A stretch of DNA of 61,174 nucleotides from assembly GCF_001194135.2 (NCBI RefSeq), contig NC_068999.1, forward strand, positions 22,854,202 to 22,915,375, written 5' to 3'. This document shows positions 11,314 to 23,426 of this stretch, one piece after another. A program made the position numbers and the translations under genes. A model generated the notes under the pieces. That model was not told where the DNA came from. It ran no database searches and saw only the letters and a list, made by a program, of their open reading frames with translations. The stretch is from Octopus bimaculoides. Its lineage: Eukaryota. Position 1 is the stretch's first letter. The number at the start of each line of letters is the position of its first letter.

Positions 11314-12170
11314 CTATGTGTTTATGTATGCAAGTATGCATGCACGAATCAAGCCAAAACTATTTCACATTCATAAAAGGTTTCGACGACCACTGAGCTG
11401 TTACTTTCAAAGTACTTGTGGCAAGATAGCAGTGTATTACTGGTACACTGGTACCAGATCCAAACAACCTATCCACACGGCCATTAAGATCTCTCCAGAA
11501 CTGCGACAAAACAGGCAATTATGAAGCAATTTGTATCGATAGCGATTAACGAGGTAAATAGCCAAGGTTGTTAGGGAAGTAGGAAGCCACTGAATCGGAC
11601 ATCTACCCATATATCATGATTTAGTCAGGAGAGAAATGACAGAATGGTCCAAGATTATTTCCAGAGTCACCGAGACTGCAAGGACGGATGTTATCCTCAG
11701 ATTAGGGACCTGGTCTGAACGCCGACAAGAGAATAAACTACGTTACAGACACCGAAAGGCAAGATTGTTATGTTAAACCGATTGACAGATTAAGCTTCTT
11801 GCTTTTACATTAATTATATTTACTAGCATGAGTGAGTGAAACCATTTGATCTCAAACCGTTCCTGTCAACTTGCTCAACAGTTTGATAAGAAGTAAGTTT
11901 TGGACAAGTCAAGACCATAATGCTGTTTCAATTCCAAATTGAAGCTAATGACTTATACCTAATCAATAGAAATATTACATCAAAGAAGTGTATCATATCG
12001 CCCTGGGCTTCAGTTTTCCTATATTCTCGTTGCCCGACGAGTTAGGTTCCTATGACGAACCTACGAAGCTTGAAATTTCATGGAACCGAAACAAACTGTT
12101 TTAAATAGTAATATATGTAAGTCATATTGTGTTGAGTGACTCATTCTTTCATTTGTTCACTCACACACTC

Positions 12171-12228
<58 letters not shown>

Positions 12229-13769
12229 ATGTATATACGTATGCATATATATATATGTTATATATATATGTAAGCATGCATATATGGGTACAGGACGTCA
12301 CCAACTGTGTAAACAACGTGAAATACGTAAGCAAGCGAGTTAAATACATAAACAACGGGAGAAAAAATGGAAAATAGGATAAGTAAACAAAGAGGAACAA
12401 CCTTTTTATATACACATACATACATATATGTATATATATGTATATATATTATATATATTCATACACACATGTGTGTACATACATAAATACATACATTCAT
12501 AAAAACATGTATGGATGTATACATCCATAATTGTGTCTAGTCCTCAGTTCCAGCACAAAGTATGCACCTAGACGTTCACTCTAACAGAACCCACTTTCTC
12601 TAGATTTTAACCTCTGCAGACATTTTTTTTCTTTATGATTTTCCAGCAGCTGGTTGATCTTTCAGACCTTGGAAAGTCTGAAATGATCATCGCCACAGCT
12701 AGTTCCTCGGTCTGGGGCCCAAAGAAATGAGGTTGGAGGAAGTGGGCGGGGCTTGTGAATATCTGACGTGGCCCTCACTACAAAAATATCTCACAGACTT
12801 CTTGAACTGTGAGAGGACCTCCACAGCTCGAAGTTTTAAAATAGCCTTGATTCACTTTGCAAAATTTGAGCATAGTCACTTCCTCCAAACGAAATCACTG
12901 ACTCAATTGTATTCACTCTTCTCTTTCAGAAATTTTATGTTGATTCCAAATCAATATTGTATTTTATTTTCTGGCGAATCCAGTAAAATAAGGTTAAGAA
13001 TCAGACACGGTATACGAACAAGATTAGTTTATACAGCGTGTCTAATTGTTAACCGGAAGCCTTATTACTTTATCAACATCAAGGCAGACTACATCATATA
13101 TAATTCATCTTAATGAAGGCTTCTGAGCTGGAGCTAATTTCCCAAAATGGGAATCCTATAAAATATACGGCAGCTTCTATAAAACAAAAAGTAGGCGCTC
13201 GTTGGATCGAGAGTTGATTCTCAACTGAAAACAGAAGCTTGTTACTTCATCTACGTCACGTCAAATACATTAAATATGATATATTTTGATGACAGCAATA
13301 GAGCCGGAGCTAAATTCCCGAGGTGTGGAATCCGCAACACTGGTTTCAATTTCTGATCGAAGCTTATTCTCTTCACTTAGATAGCTTAATTAATGCAGTT
13401 TGAAAAGGTATATCACAGAAGTTCATTTATTGACCGATAAATCAAAAGCTTTATGTTATTGTAAGACATTCATGTATGTTCTGTCGGTAACTGAATGCAC
13501 GTACCTTCTTATTTCACTGTTGGTATTCCTGCTGACTTCATTGTCAGTATTCCACCTTCGCTTAGTAATTAGCAGCGACGTGCTGTTTTTGTTCTGTTGC
13601 CAACAGTTATCAAATACCACTATAATACAATGTGCAACAATATATCAACACGTGCGAGGACAAATTCAAGTAGCAGGAGGAGCAGGGTTCTTTTTGTTCT
13701 TGTTTTTTTTTTTTCGCGTGCCATATTTCATGTGCTATTACACCGTCTCCTATTACACTTCGCTATTCT

Positions 13770-13890
13770 CCATCAATCATCGTCGTCATCATCACCTACA
13801 CTTACAGCAGCAGCAGCCGCCGCCGCTGCCACCGCCACCACCACCACCATCACCACCACCATCATCATCATCATCAACATCAACATTTGC
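13770..13890. repeat. Compound trinucleotide repeat (CAT/CAG/CCG/CCA/ATC)
   Basis: Successive short triplet runs. Confidence 0.9.
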
Positions 13891-14113
13891 AGCAACAGCA
13901 AGAGTATTAGCATCGTTTAGGTCATCTTTTTATTTAAAGAAATAGTGACATCATCTGAGCAAAAGACAATACTACTGCCGCTAGTTGATGGTAGTAGTAG
14001 TGGTAGTAGCAGTATCTATACAATTTCTTATAAACTATATTAGTTGTGTTATTAGTAATAACTGTGCTTGTAGTATTAGTTGTAATGTTAATTGTAGTAT
14101 TAGCAATAAATGT

Positions 14114-14126
14114 GGAAGTGACGTCA
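14114..14126. promoter_or_regulatory. GGAAGTGACGTCA, an ETS-CRE composite-like motif containing a perfect CRE palindrome
   Basis: Exact sequence in a locally CpG-rich, TE-poor segment. Function is untested. Confidence 0.3.
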
Positions 14127-14859
14127 TCGCGTATATGTCAGCAAAAGGATTTTTGCGTGTCATCGCGAATCTCTATCTACGTAATCCGGTATCTGGCAGT
14201 AGGATGAAACAATGCTGTAATTTACAAGAGTTCTCACAAACTCAGTTGATTCTCAAGGTTAGAAACAATATATGGTAAAGTCAATGCTGTGTTAGAAATT
14301 ACATCAAGGACACTGACCTCAGTTAAAGCAGAGATCTGAGGTGAACCCCTTGTATATAAGAAGCTCCAAACAGAGAACGGAGAGCATATTGTGTGATATC
14401 GGACTCGACATCGGTTAAAAGCTTAGCTGGGCAATTGAATGAGGTAAATCCATTAAATGAAAAAGAGACATTTCACAAAGTAATGACTTCAAGTTTGGCA
14501 CTAATACGAGGCCTCAAATAGATTCTGAATTCAAGTGAAGCGAATGAAATAAACCTGTCAAACATTAGAAGCTTTGCGTAGGTGAGACGAGCTTAGAATG
14601 CATATATCAGTAACGTTCTAAAGTTATATTTAATCATTTTTAACACGAAGAGCTAAGGAGTTTAAGAAAACTTTAGAATAACATAAGGAAAGGTTAGAGG
14701 AAGGTTCTTTATTAATGGACTGATGAAAACTGAGTAAACAAGAAGATGTTATTCCATCAGGTTTTTTTTTTTTATTTATTTTCAGAATTTCTGTTTTACT
14801 GCTAAATAACTACTTTTTATGTAAGTCATGCAATTCATATTTTCTCATGAAACGTAACA

Positions 14860-15074
14860 GTTTCAAATTTTGGCACAAGGTTAGCAATTTCGAAGAAGCG
14901 GGTAAGTCGATTACATTGATCCAAATGATCAACTGGTCCTTATTTTATCGACCCCGAAAGGATATGAATGGAAAATTCGACCTCGGCAGAATTTGAACTC
15001 GGAATGTAAAGACAGACGAAATGCCGCTAAGCATTTTGTCCGGCGCGGCAACGATTCTGCCAGGTCACCGCCTT
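14860..15074 (-). mobile_element. SINE-B, full length
   Basis: Matches the consensus. TSD TTTCTCATGAAAC at 14841-14853 and 15076-15088. Confidence 0.92.
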
Positions 15075-15300
15075 CTTTCTCATGAAACATATAAAGAGCG
15101 TTTTTGATATATTTTATTTGGTTGTTTGCCGGTCATGGTGGTGGTGGTGGTGATGCTGTATGGGTGTAGTAGTAGCGGTGGCTGTGAAGACTGACTACAT
15201 AAGTTTATGATTGGAAATATCTAAGATTATCTATCTCAAAGTAACCGAGGAATTGGATTAGATTTCCATGTCCGCTAAAACTGAGTGCAGATATTTTTAA

Positions 15301-15583
15301 TCTTTATCTTTTTATCGTTTACTTGTTTCGATCATTGGACTGCAGGCTCGCTGAAACACTGCCTTGAAGGGCTTAGTCGAATGAATCGGTACCAGTGCCT
15401 ATTTTTAAGTCTGGTACTGATTTCATCGTTCTTTTACCGAACACCAACGCTGGTTCTCAAGTGGCTGAGACAAACACAAAGACACAAATACATACATAAA
15501 TATGGAGTTGATTTGTTCGACTAAAACCCTTCAAGCATGGCTGCAGTCAAATGACTGAAACAAGTGAACGAATAAAAGAATAT
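15301..15583. mobile_element. Two SINE-A 3' ends in inverted, tails-out arrangement
   Basis: The left arm TTTACTTGTTTCGATCATTGGACTGCAG is the reverse complement of the right arm CTGCAGTCAAATGACTGAAACAAGTGAA (24/28). Confidence 0.8.
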
Positions 15584-15678
15584 ATACATGCAAAAATGCA
15601 TAAATACATACATTCATCTACACATCCATCCATACATACATCCATCCATCCATCCATCCATACATACATACATACATA

Positions 15679-16344
15679 CAAAGAGTTACCTGAAAGTTAC
15701 CGGAAACGTTCTCTATGGTACAAGCCCGTTGTAGTTCAGACTTCCGCCGCTAGAAGCCATTTGATGCGACCCCCAGGCATCAATCTGCCGACCGGCGTCT
15801 TCGTCTGTAGTACTACTACCACGCTGTGCGTCTTTGTTTTGCAGTACTTCTCCCCTGTTCGTCGAATTTTGCGATGGCTGAAACGAAGGAACAGCGTCCT
15901 TCCATGAAATTCTGTTTTCTCTCGGGGAAAACAGCAGCCGAAACAGCTTACAAGGCTGCTGCCATGAGCAAAACACAAGTTTACGAGTGGTTTTCACGCT
16001 GATTTGTTTCATCCATGCGAAAGGAATTGTCCACACAGAATTTGTTCCTCCTGGTCAAACTGTTAACCAGACATTTTACTTGGCAGCTCTGAAGTATTTG
16101 CGAGATGCAGTGAGACGAAAATGCCCCGACCTGTGGCATAGTGGAGAGTAGTGGTTTCATCACAACAATGCGCCTGCGCACACCGCTTTGAGTGTGAGAC
16201 AGTTTTTAACTAAAAATGACATAACCCCGCTTACCCACTCTCCCTTTTCACCCGACCTTGCTCCCTGCGACATTTTTTGTTCCCCCGAATGAAAAAGTCG
16301 TTAAAGGAAAACGTTTTGCAGGTGTGGAAGAGGTGAAGAAAAAT
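15679..16344 (+). mobile_element. Internally deleted mariner (irritans-like); right end lost in the gap
   Basis: ATG at 15874 gives MAETKEQRPSMKFCFLSGKTAAET..AMSKTQVYEWFSR, fused directly to LICF..KGIVHTEFVPPGQTVNQTFY...HNNAPAH...PFSPDLAPCD..FP.MKK.LKGKRF. Confidence 0.9.
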
Positions 16345-16624
16345 NNNNNNNNNNNNNNNNNNNNNNNNNNNNNNNNNNNNNNNNNNNNNNNNNNNNNNNN
16401 NNNNNNNNNNNNNNNNNNNNNNNNNNNNNNNNNNNNNNNNNNNNNNNNNNNNNNNNNNNNNNNNNNNNNNNNNNNNNNNNNNNNNNNNNNNNNNNNNNNN
16501 NNNNNNNNNNNNNNNNNNNNNNNNNNNNNNNNNNNNNNNNNNNNNNNNNNNNNNNNNNNNNNNNNNNNNNNNNNNNNNNNNNNNNNNNNNNNNNNNNNNN
16601 NNNNNNNNNNATGTATTTGAGTTA

Positions 16625-16878
16625 ATCTTGCCTTTATAGTTTCTTATTTCTTTACTGCCCACAAGGGGCTACACACAGAGGGGACAAACAAGGACAGACG
16701 AACGGATTAAGTCGATTATATCGACCCCAGTGCGTAACTGGTACTTATTTAATCGACCCCGAAAGGATGAAAGGCGAAGTCGACCTCGGTAGAATTTGAA
16801 CTCAGAACGTAGCGGCAGACGAAATACCGCTAAGCATTTCGCCCGGCGTGCTAACGTTTCTGCCAGCTCACCGCCTTT
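16625..16878 (-). mobile_element. SINE-B with a third type of 3' tail
   Basis: SINE-B head and body, but the sense tail is AATCCGTTCGTCTGTCCTTGTTTGTCCCCTCTGTGTGTAGCCCCTTGTGGGCAGTAAAGAAATAAG. Confidence 0.85.
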
Positions 16879-17437
16879 TAGTTTCTGTCGAGTTAAAATC
16901 ATCTTTGAGTGTGTGGTTTTGATTAGGGTGGGAATTAGGTTTTTATGAGAATGTATTTTTAAAAATTGTTTTTAATTTATTAAACCTAAACAGGTTCATA
17001 TAACATACACGAAAGAATTAGTAAATCTTCACTGGCAAAAATGTTTGTGGGCGGCTATATAAATGTACAACCTAGATGTGGATAATCTCGGACTTAGGTT
17101 TCGAACTTTCCAAATTAGGTTTGTTAACGTAAATTTGATTAGTTCTGTTCAGCTAGATTCACGTAGACAACATTTCAAATGTCGCTACATCAATGCCAAT
17201 ATTACTCGTCTGACCGACAACATTTGGCTGTTAACAGACCGAGAACATTTCGTATCACTCCAGAATATTTAATTTAAATATAGAATATAAACATTGAGCA
17301 GAGTAATCCTGATAAATTGGTAAAGTCCCTTATAGCTCTGTCTACAATAGCAAAGCATGTGGATCATGTTAATCTACATTAACCAATTTTACTGGGAGTT
17401 CAGTGTTCACTTTAGCGAATAAGGGAAAGGATCGTAC

Positions 17438-17438
<1 letters not shown>

Positions 17439-17496
<58 letters not shown>

Positions 17497-17925
17497 GGTC
17501 GTCCCTCAGGACGCCCCAAGACTGTTTCCACACGTTTCCCCCATTCATCTCGATCTTCCATAGTGGTACTCAGCTCCTGTACACCTTCCATACTAGTATC
17601 ATCCATCAAGTTGTCGATATAGGTCGTCTCCCTCGTTCCTCTCCTGGCTCTTCTTTCCGTTGGTTGCCAGAGCACTAGCTTGTTAGCAATTTCATCGGTA
17701 TGTCTGATGCAGTGTCCAGCTATCCTCATCCTTCTATGCTGTATCTTCTATGTTACTTTTGGTAGTCCCTGGTATAAGTCGGCGTTTGTTGTATGACTCT
17801 TCCAGGAAACATTGAGTGCCATTCTAAGCATCCTCGTATAACAACGGTCCAACTGCTTCTTCGTACTTTTGTATTTCGATTTTTCTGGGTTAGGAACTCT
17901 TTGGAGTGGATTTGGTGTTGCAAGC
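17439..17925 (-). mobile_element. RTE/RTEX-like LINE 3' fragment whose tail is the (TATC)n microsatellite
   Basis: The minus strand reads KQLDRCYTRMLRMALNVSWKSHTTNADLYQGLPKVT*KIQHRRMRIAGHCIRH...LVLWQPT...TTYIDNL...EDRDEW. The TAG stop runs into (ATAG)n at 17439-17495. Confidence 0.8.
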
Positions 17926-17936
17926 TAGTTTTTCTA

Positions 17937-17999
<63 letters not shown>

Positions 18000-18039
18000 G
18001 ATTGTCTTGTATAAGCAGGATATCATTGCTACAAAAGCC

Positions 18040-18762
18040 AATTGACTGCGTGCAGTTCCGTTGTGTTGTCAATACATGGTTTTGTCTTGCTAATGATGAT
18101 GGTTTCTTTTGTCCTCAGTTTTCCAATGTTTCATACTGTGGTGTCAACAGAAACCCGAATGCTTTGGGTGTGGTATTTTCGGTGATTTTCACGAAAGAAG
18201 CATTATCATGGAGATGTTTTTTTAAAATTAATATGCGTGAGGGTCTGATGGTACTTCATTGCATTCACTATACGTTATTTTGAACACCACATAAGACCGC
18301 AGACATATATTTTCATCGTTTATTGGGCACTTGGGCAATGTGGGTATGGGTTGTTTTGTATTGGTCCGGTTTTTGTAAGGAACCTCCTCATAGACGTTCC
18401 AGAGTGTGCAAGTCTAATATTCAATCCTTCCCAACAGGTGTTATTCCTGAATGTGCTTTTTGTTAGGTCTGTTGATATCCTGGTGTTTGGTGTAAGAGTA
18501 TGAATGACCATTCTCTAGAAGGACTTTTCGGAATTGTATGATGCTGTTTTTTTGTCTCCTGCGTCACTGAATTTATTGCGTATCCCGTGGCTCTCAGTTC
18601 TTATGTAGGCCCTCTTAACTCTGATGGGTAGCGATGAATTGTAATGCACATGTATCGCTGTACATGCTGCTTTTCTGCAAAATGCTAGAGGAGAAGGATT
18701 CCTACTCAGCGAGAGATAAGGAACCGGTATTACCGGAGTCGTAATTTCGAAATATCGCAATA
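18040..18762 (-). mobile_element. Penelope-like element fragment (RT C-terminus plus GIY-YIG endonuclease)
   Basis: RKAACTAIHVHYNSSLPIRVKRAYIRTES..IRNK, LENG, then ICLRSYVVFKITYSECNEV and RTKETIIISKTKPCI. Frameshifted. Confidence 0.65.
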
Positions 18763-18877
18763 CTAGATAAAAGTATACACCTTTGGCTTATCATATTTCT
18801 TATAACACACATTGTTTTGGTTTAAAAAACAATTATCTATATCAGACAGAGCTTCATGTAAGCTATGATACACTTTT

Positions 18878-18917
<40 letters not shown>

Positions 18918-18926
18918 TGTGTGTAT

Positions 18927-19017
<91 letters not shown>

Positions 19018-19049
19018 CAAACATATTTATAGTTACATCTAACTATCTA

Positions 19050-19094
<45 letters not shown>

Positions 19095-21559
19095 ATGTAT
19101 GTATGTATATATGTATATATGTGTGTGTTTGTATGCGTGCACACGTATGTACACTCGAAGAGCCTACGCACAGTAGCCGTCAACCAAATTTCACTCACAA
19201 AATATTCGTCTACCCCAGGCTACAGTAAAAGGCTGGCATGTAGTAAGACTAACTTCGGAACCAACTAGTTGCAACATATATGTCTTCACTACACAACCGA
19301 GTCTGTTTATGGAATTTCTTCTCCCTTAAATGGAAGCATATATGCTCGTAAAAATACTCTCTAACGCGATTACTTAAAATAATATACGTGTGAAAGGTGT
19401 TACAATATATCTGTTTTTTGTGACCAGAGACTGAGTTACTAATTATAACACGTACTTTAATAAATATGCATTTTGTTTCATAAATGCACATAGGAAAATG
19501 TATATAGCTGTTGCTATCCAATATGTTTATAACATAATTCCCAAGAAGACGTTCAGGAAACTTGCCTACTTATAATATTTATAAGCTTGAGGATCATATT
19601 TCAAAAGAGCATGTTCTCAAGACGAATTCTTACAGTAAATATGTTTAGTTTTTGAATCTCTGATAAACTTTCATAGGGATCATACATATATAACCAAGAC
19701 TGAAGTATACAATTTTGCCCTTTTTTTATTTTGAAAACTGCTTGATTATAAATGTACGGCACAAGAATGATTTGAAAATGTTATAGTACTGCTTATGTAT
19801 CTGTTACAGTACTTTCACATTATCTACATGCAAAAATAGTCCTCCGTCTTATAGGAAAACCTTAACCAACAAACATTCTTGATGTAGTTTGCCACAGTTA
19901 AGCAGCATGTTTTCACCTTTCTCGTTCGCTTACAACTCTCATAACCATCCTTATTTCTACGACCTTAACACATTCTCTCTTTCTTTTCTCCCCCCCCCTC
20001 TCTACAATAGACTAGTCTTTGCATCCACTTCACCTCTTTAATACGAAATCCTGTACTAAAACTTTAGTAAATCGTGCTCTACAGAATTGCATTCTTTTAA
20101 AACTATTTCCTCCTGTTGCAGTTAAGTTGTAAGATTTGTAACTGAACATTAACCGCATTAATATCATAAATATCCATATATTCGTAGTTGAGAATGCTCT
20201 AAAAGTTTGTGGGCACTGTTGCCGATATTCTTTCACTTTCTCTTCCCCACTTCTCCAACTCCTTTCCTCTTGTCTCCACCTCCACCTTTTCTTCTCCTCC
20301 TTACTTTCTGACTTACCTATAAATAAAAATTTACCTATCTCTAATAAATTAATTTACCGAGACATGGACGAAAATCAATTTATTTAAAGATAACTCACTT
20401 TAAACACATTTTCATTATGAAATCTTCTGAAAAACTATAACATATACCCTACTTTGCATATTTGTCTAAGTCATGTGAGTAAGTTAGATGTCTGGGAAGA
20501 TAAGACATGAAACAAACTTTAGAAATGAGAGTAACACTTCAAAGTGTCTTAATACAAAAACAAAATGTGATATATTTGCCTTTTTTTCCTTTTTCCTTTT
20601 TTTCTTATCAAAACTAAATATATTTACACAAATGAAGCGGACAGGAGAATTCTCTCGAGGAGCGCCGGTCCAACCCAAGTTACAAATGTGATAATTTCAA
20701 CAATAACACACAGCACTAGTAATTTAATATTTGTTTACCAAATGGTTCTCTGACTAATTTCATCGACCTCGTCAATACCTAATAATAAAAAAATTCGGAA
20801 CTATTGAAACCTCTCTCAGATCATGTGTAATGTAGTCATCGATTTACAGTCGAGTTTTGTCTCCTTGCCCTAAAAGGTAACTTAGTCCTTCGATAAAGAG
20901 GGAATGATAAAATAAATATCAGACTGAAAAAAGTACTAGAGTAGATATCATCCGCAAAAAGGTGGAGCTCCAATACGGCGGCACTGTAATGAATTAAGTT
21001 AGTGAAACAGGAATATATGTTAATATTGATGCTTCAGATATTTATGTATAAGCTAATATCAAATATGATTCCAAAGTGGAGATAACAGTTATATTTTGAC
21101 AGTGGCGCAACACCTAGAAGTTGTATTCAGTTTCATAAGAATATTTAGATGAGCCCAAACCAGACCTTTCTATGATTGTTGAGGAGTCAATATCATACGT
21201 AGTACTTAGCTTCTTCCCCACCGTTATTCATTTACAATTTAGTAAAGACAGAGAGTTATTTTTTTAAAAATAGAATTGCTCATTAATGATCTCTGTGAAG
21301 CATAAACTAATTTCATTGCTTTTCATTACTACAAATTCAAATTTTATTATTAGAGAACTTTATGAATGGTGATAAAGCTATCAGTATTCTTTCGAAATGC
21401 TAAGCTGAAGAACAAACTATATCGCAACCAGGAGCAAATCTTCCGCAAAGATATTGGGATACTACACTTTGGAATATCAAAATATTTTCAATCACTGTTG
21501 ACGTCTACTCACGAGAATTAAACAGTCGGAAATTGAGAGAAAGTGGAGTCGCACGGATC

Positions 21560-21760
21560 AGTAAATAGCTCGTTGGACTCGTGGTCGTAAGATTGCAGTT
21601 TCGACGGACGATACAGTGTATTCTTGAGTAAAATACTTCATTTCACGTTGCTCCAGTCCACTCAGCTGGTAGAAATGAGTAATCCTGCGACGGACTGGCG
21701 TCCCGCCCAAGGAGGTATATATACGCCAGAGAAACCGGGAAACGGGCTCCATGCACCTTA
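21560..21760 (+). mobile_element. SINE-E copy
   Basis: Shares CTTCATTTCACGTTGCT.CAGTCCACTCAGCTGG..AAATGAGTAA..CTGCGA.GGACTGG.GTCCCG with 8820-9033. Its head resembles the SINE-C head. Confidence 0.72.
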
Positions 21761-22139
21761 CAGAGTAATGTAGACTGATCAACCCTAAACAAATTGAGAG
21801 AAAAAAAAAAGATCTCACAAGAAAAGAACAGCATACCATCATCACATTATGATCTAATTCCACAAAGGTCATTTATCAGAGAGAGTTCACAAATGTATTC
21901 TGACCTTGCTCATTGAGATATCCTCTGTTACAGATAAACAGGTGGCCTTGAAGATAACTAAAATCAATACTAATATTGAATGAACTGAATGACAGAAACG
22001 TTAATACACCGGATAAATGCTGACACATAAATGTTCTGAGTTCAAATCTTGTAAGGACCTATAAAATAAGTGGCAGTCCTATGCTTCGAACATGAGAGAC
22101 AACATAATTTGGTCAACGACATCTACTGACATTGCAAAA

Positions 22140-22500
22140 AAAACAGCTTTACAAAACTATTGTTATTCCTGCAGACATTATTGAGATTTAGAAAATTCAT
22201 ATTCAAGATATCATGGCGGTTTCATGTGTTCCACTAAAGATGTCTACGAAAGAACATATACAGGAACAGAATTATCAGAGCAGAAATTTTACAAACGACA
22301 TATTCTCAACCATTAGCAGATATTGTCAGGTAGCGACGTCTCTGGTTTGAAGGGCATGTATTGTGCATGTCAGAAAAACAACATGAGACATGAAACCAGA
22401 AAAAGAAAATTCCAAAAAATAAAGTTGATACTCAAAAGCGGTAAGAATACAGGTAGAACAGGGTCAACCGGCACTGGCTCTACAGAATTAACACCTAAGA
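22140..22500 (+). mobile_element. Very degenerate RTE-like LINE 3' remnant
   Basis: RAEILQTTYSQPLADIVR*RRLWFEGHVLCMSEK resembles the RRLRWxGHVxRM motif. Confidence 0.45.
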
Positions 22501-23311
22501 TATGACCACTGTCATAAGTAGTTGTCAGAAAGTGTATTTACGTTAATTGCTACTCTTGAGGCATAATGGAATAGTCAAGATTATACAATGCAATCGTAGA
22601 AAGAATAGTCTCGAAGATGGAAATATAAGAAGTTACAGCAATACTGAAGACATATTCACCTACATCATGAAATAATGCTAACAGAATGTTTCCTCAAAAA
22701 TAATGTATAATGTACGCACTAGAGACCAGACATAATGATCTGAGATGGAAATAAGAAATCTGTACGCATTAACAGAAATTCGTTTTACATAAGATATTAA
22801 GATATGTTGAAGACAAAAGATGAAGGAAATATCTATAAGAAATTTTCAGATATACACCAGGACACTAGCTTTATATATGTGATTGATGAGGCATTTGGAT
22901 ATGTAGCTAAGTGTATCAGCGACAATTTTGAGTAGTTAGGCTTCACAAAACTAGCTATTTAGGAAATTATAATTACAAGCTACTAATGGAACTGTTAAAA
23001 TAAGTGTAGAAATATAAAAACTTATGCATATGTACACATTTACAAGCAAAAACATACAGATTAATACACAGTTATATGCAAGCGGCATTGTACACACAAG
23101 CATGTGCAGGTTCAAACAAGCAGACATTAGGTTTCCCAAAACCAGAAAGGAGAAAGCTGATTCGAAGACCACAGATCCAGTCCATCACTGGAACTATAAA
23201 AATCTGTAAAACTTTCCAGACGTTTATCACATAAGTGTATATGAGCATGTCTAGATATGCATGAGAAGACATACAAAAAACAAAACATACAAATCTGCAC
23301 GTATACATACA

Positions 23312-23426
23312 TGGTTCTTTCTCCATTGGCAAGAAATCTTGAAATAAAACTGAAAAATGGCATACATACATACATGCATACATACATACATACATACATA
23401 CATACATACATACATACATACATACA
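23312..23426 (+). repeat. Retroelement-like 3' end with (ATAC)n tail; second copy at about 36720-36812
   Basis: TCTTTCTC(C/T)ATTGGCAAGAAATCTTGAAATAAA(A)CTGAA occurs at both loci. Confidence 0.6.

Noticed and set aside
10601-11341. Long ORFs in the track containing X runs (also 31700-32656, 33971-35070, 49774-50767, 51753-53039)
   Set aside because: They are artefacts of N gaps lacking stop codons plus flanking microsatellites.
11340-11800. Non-repetitive block with an open stretch (IGHLPIYHDLVRR...)
   Set aside because: No recognisable domain, splice signals or TE motif.
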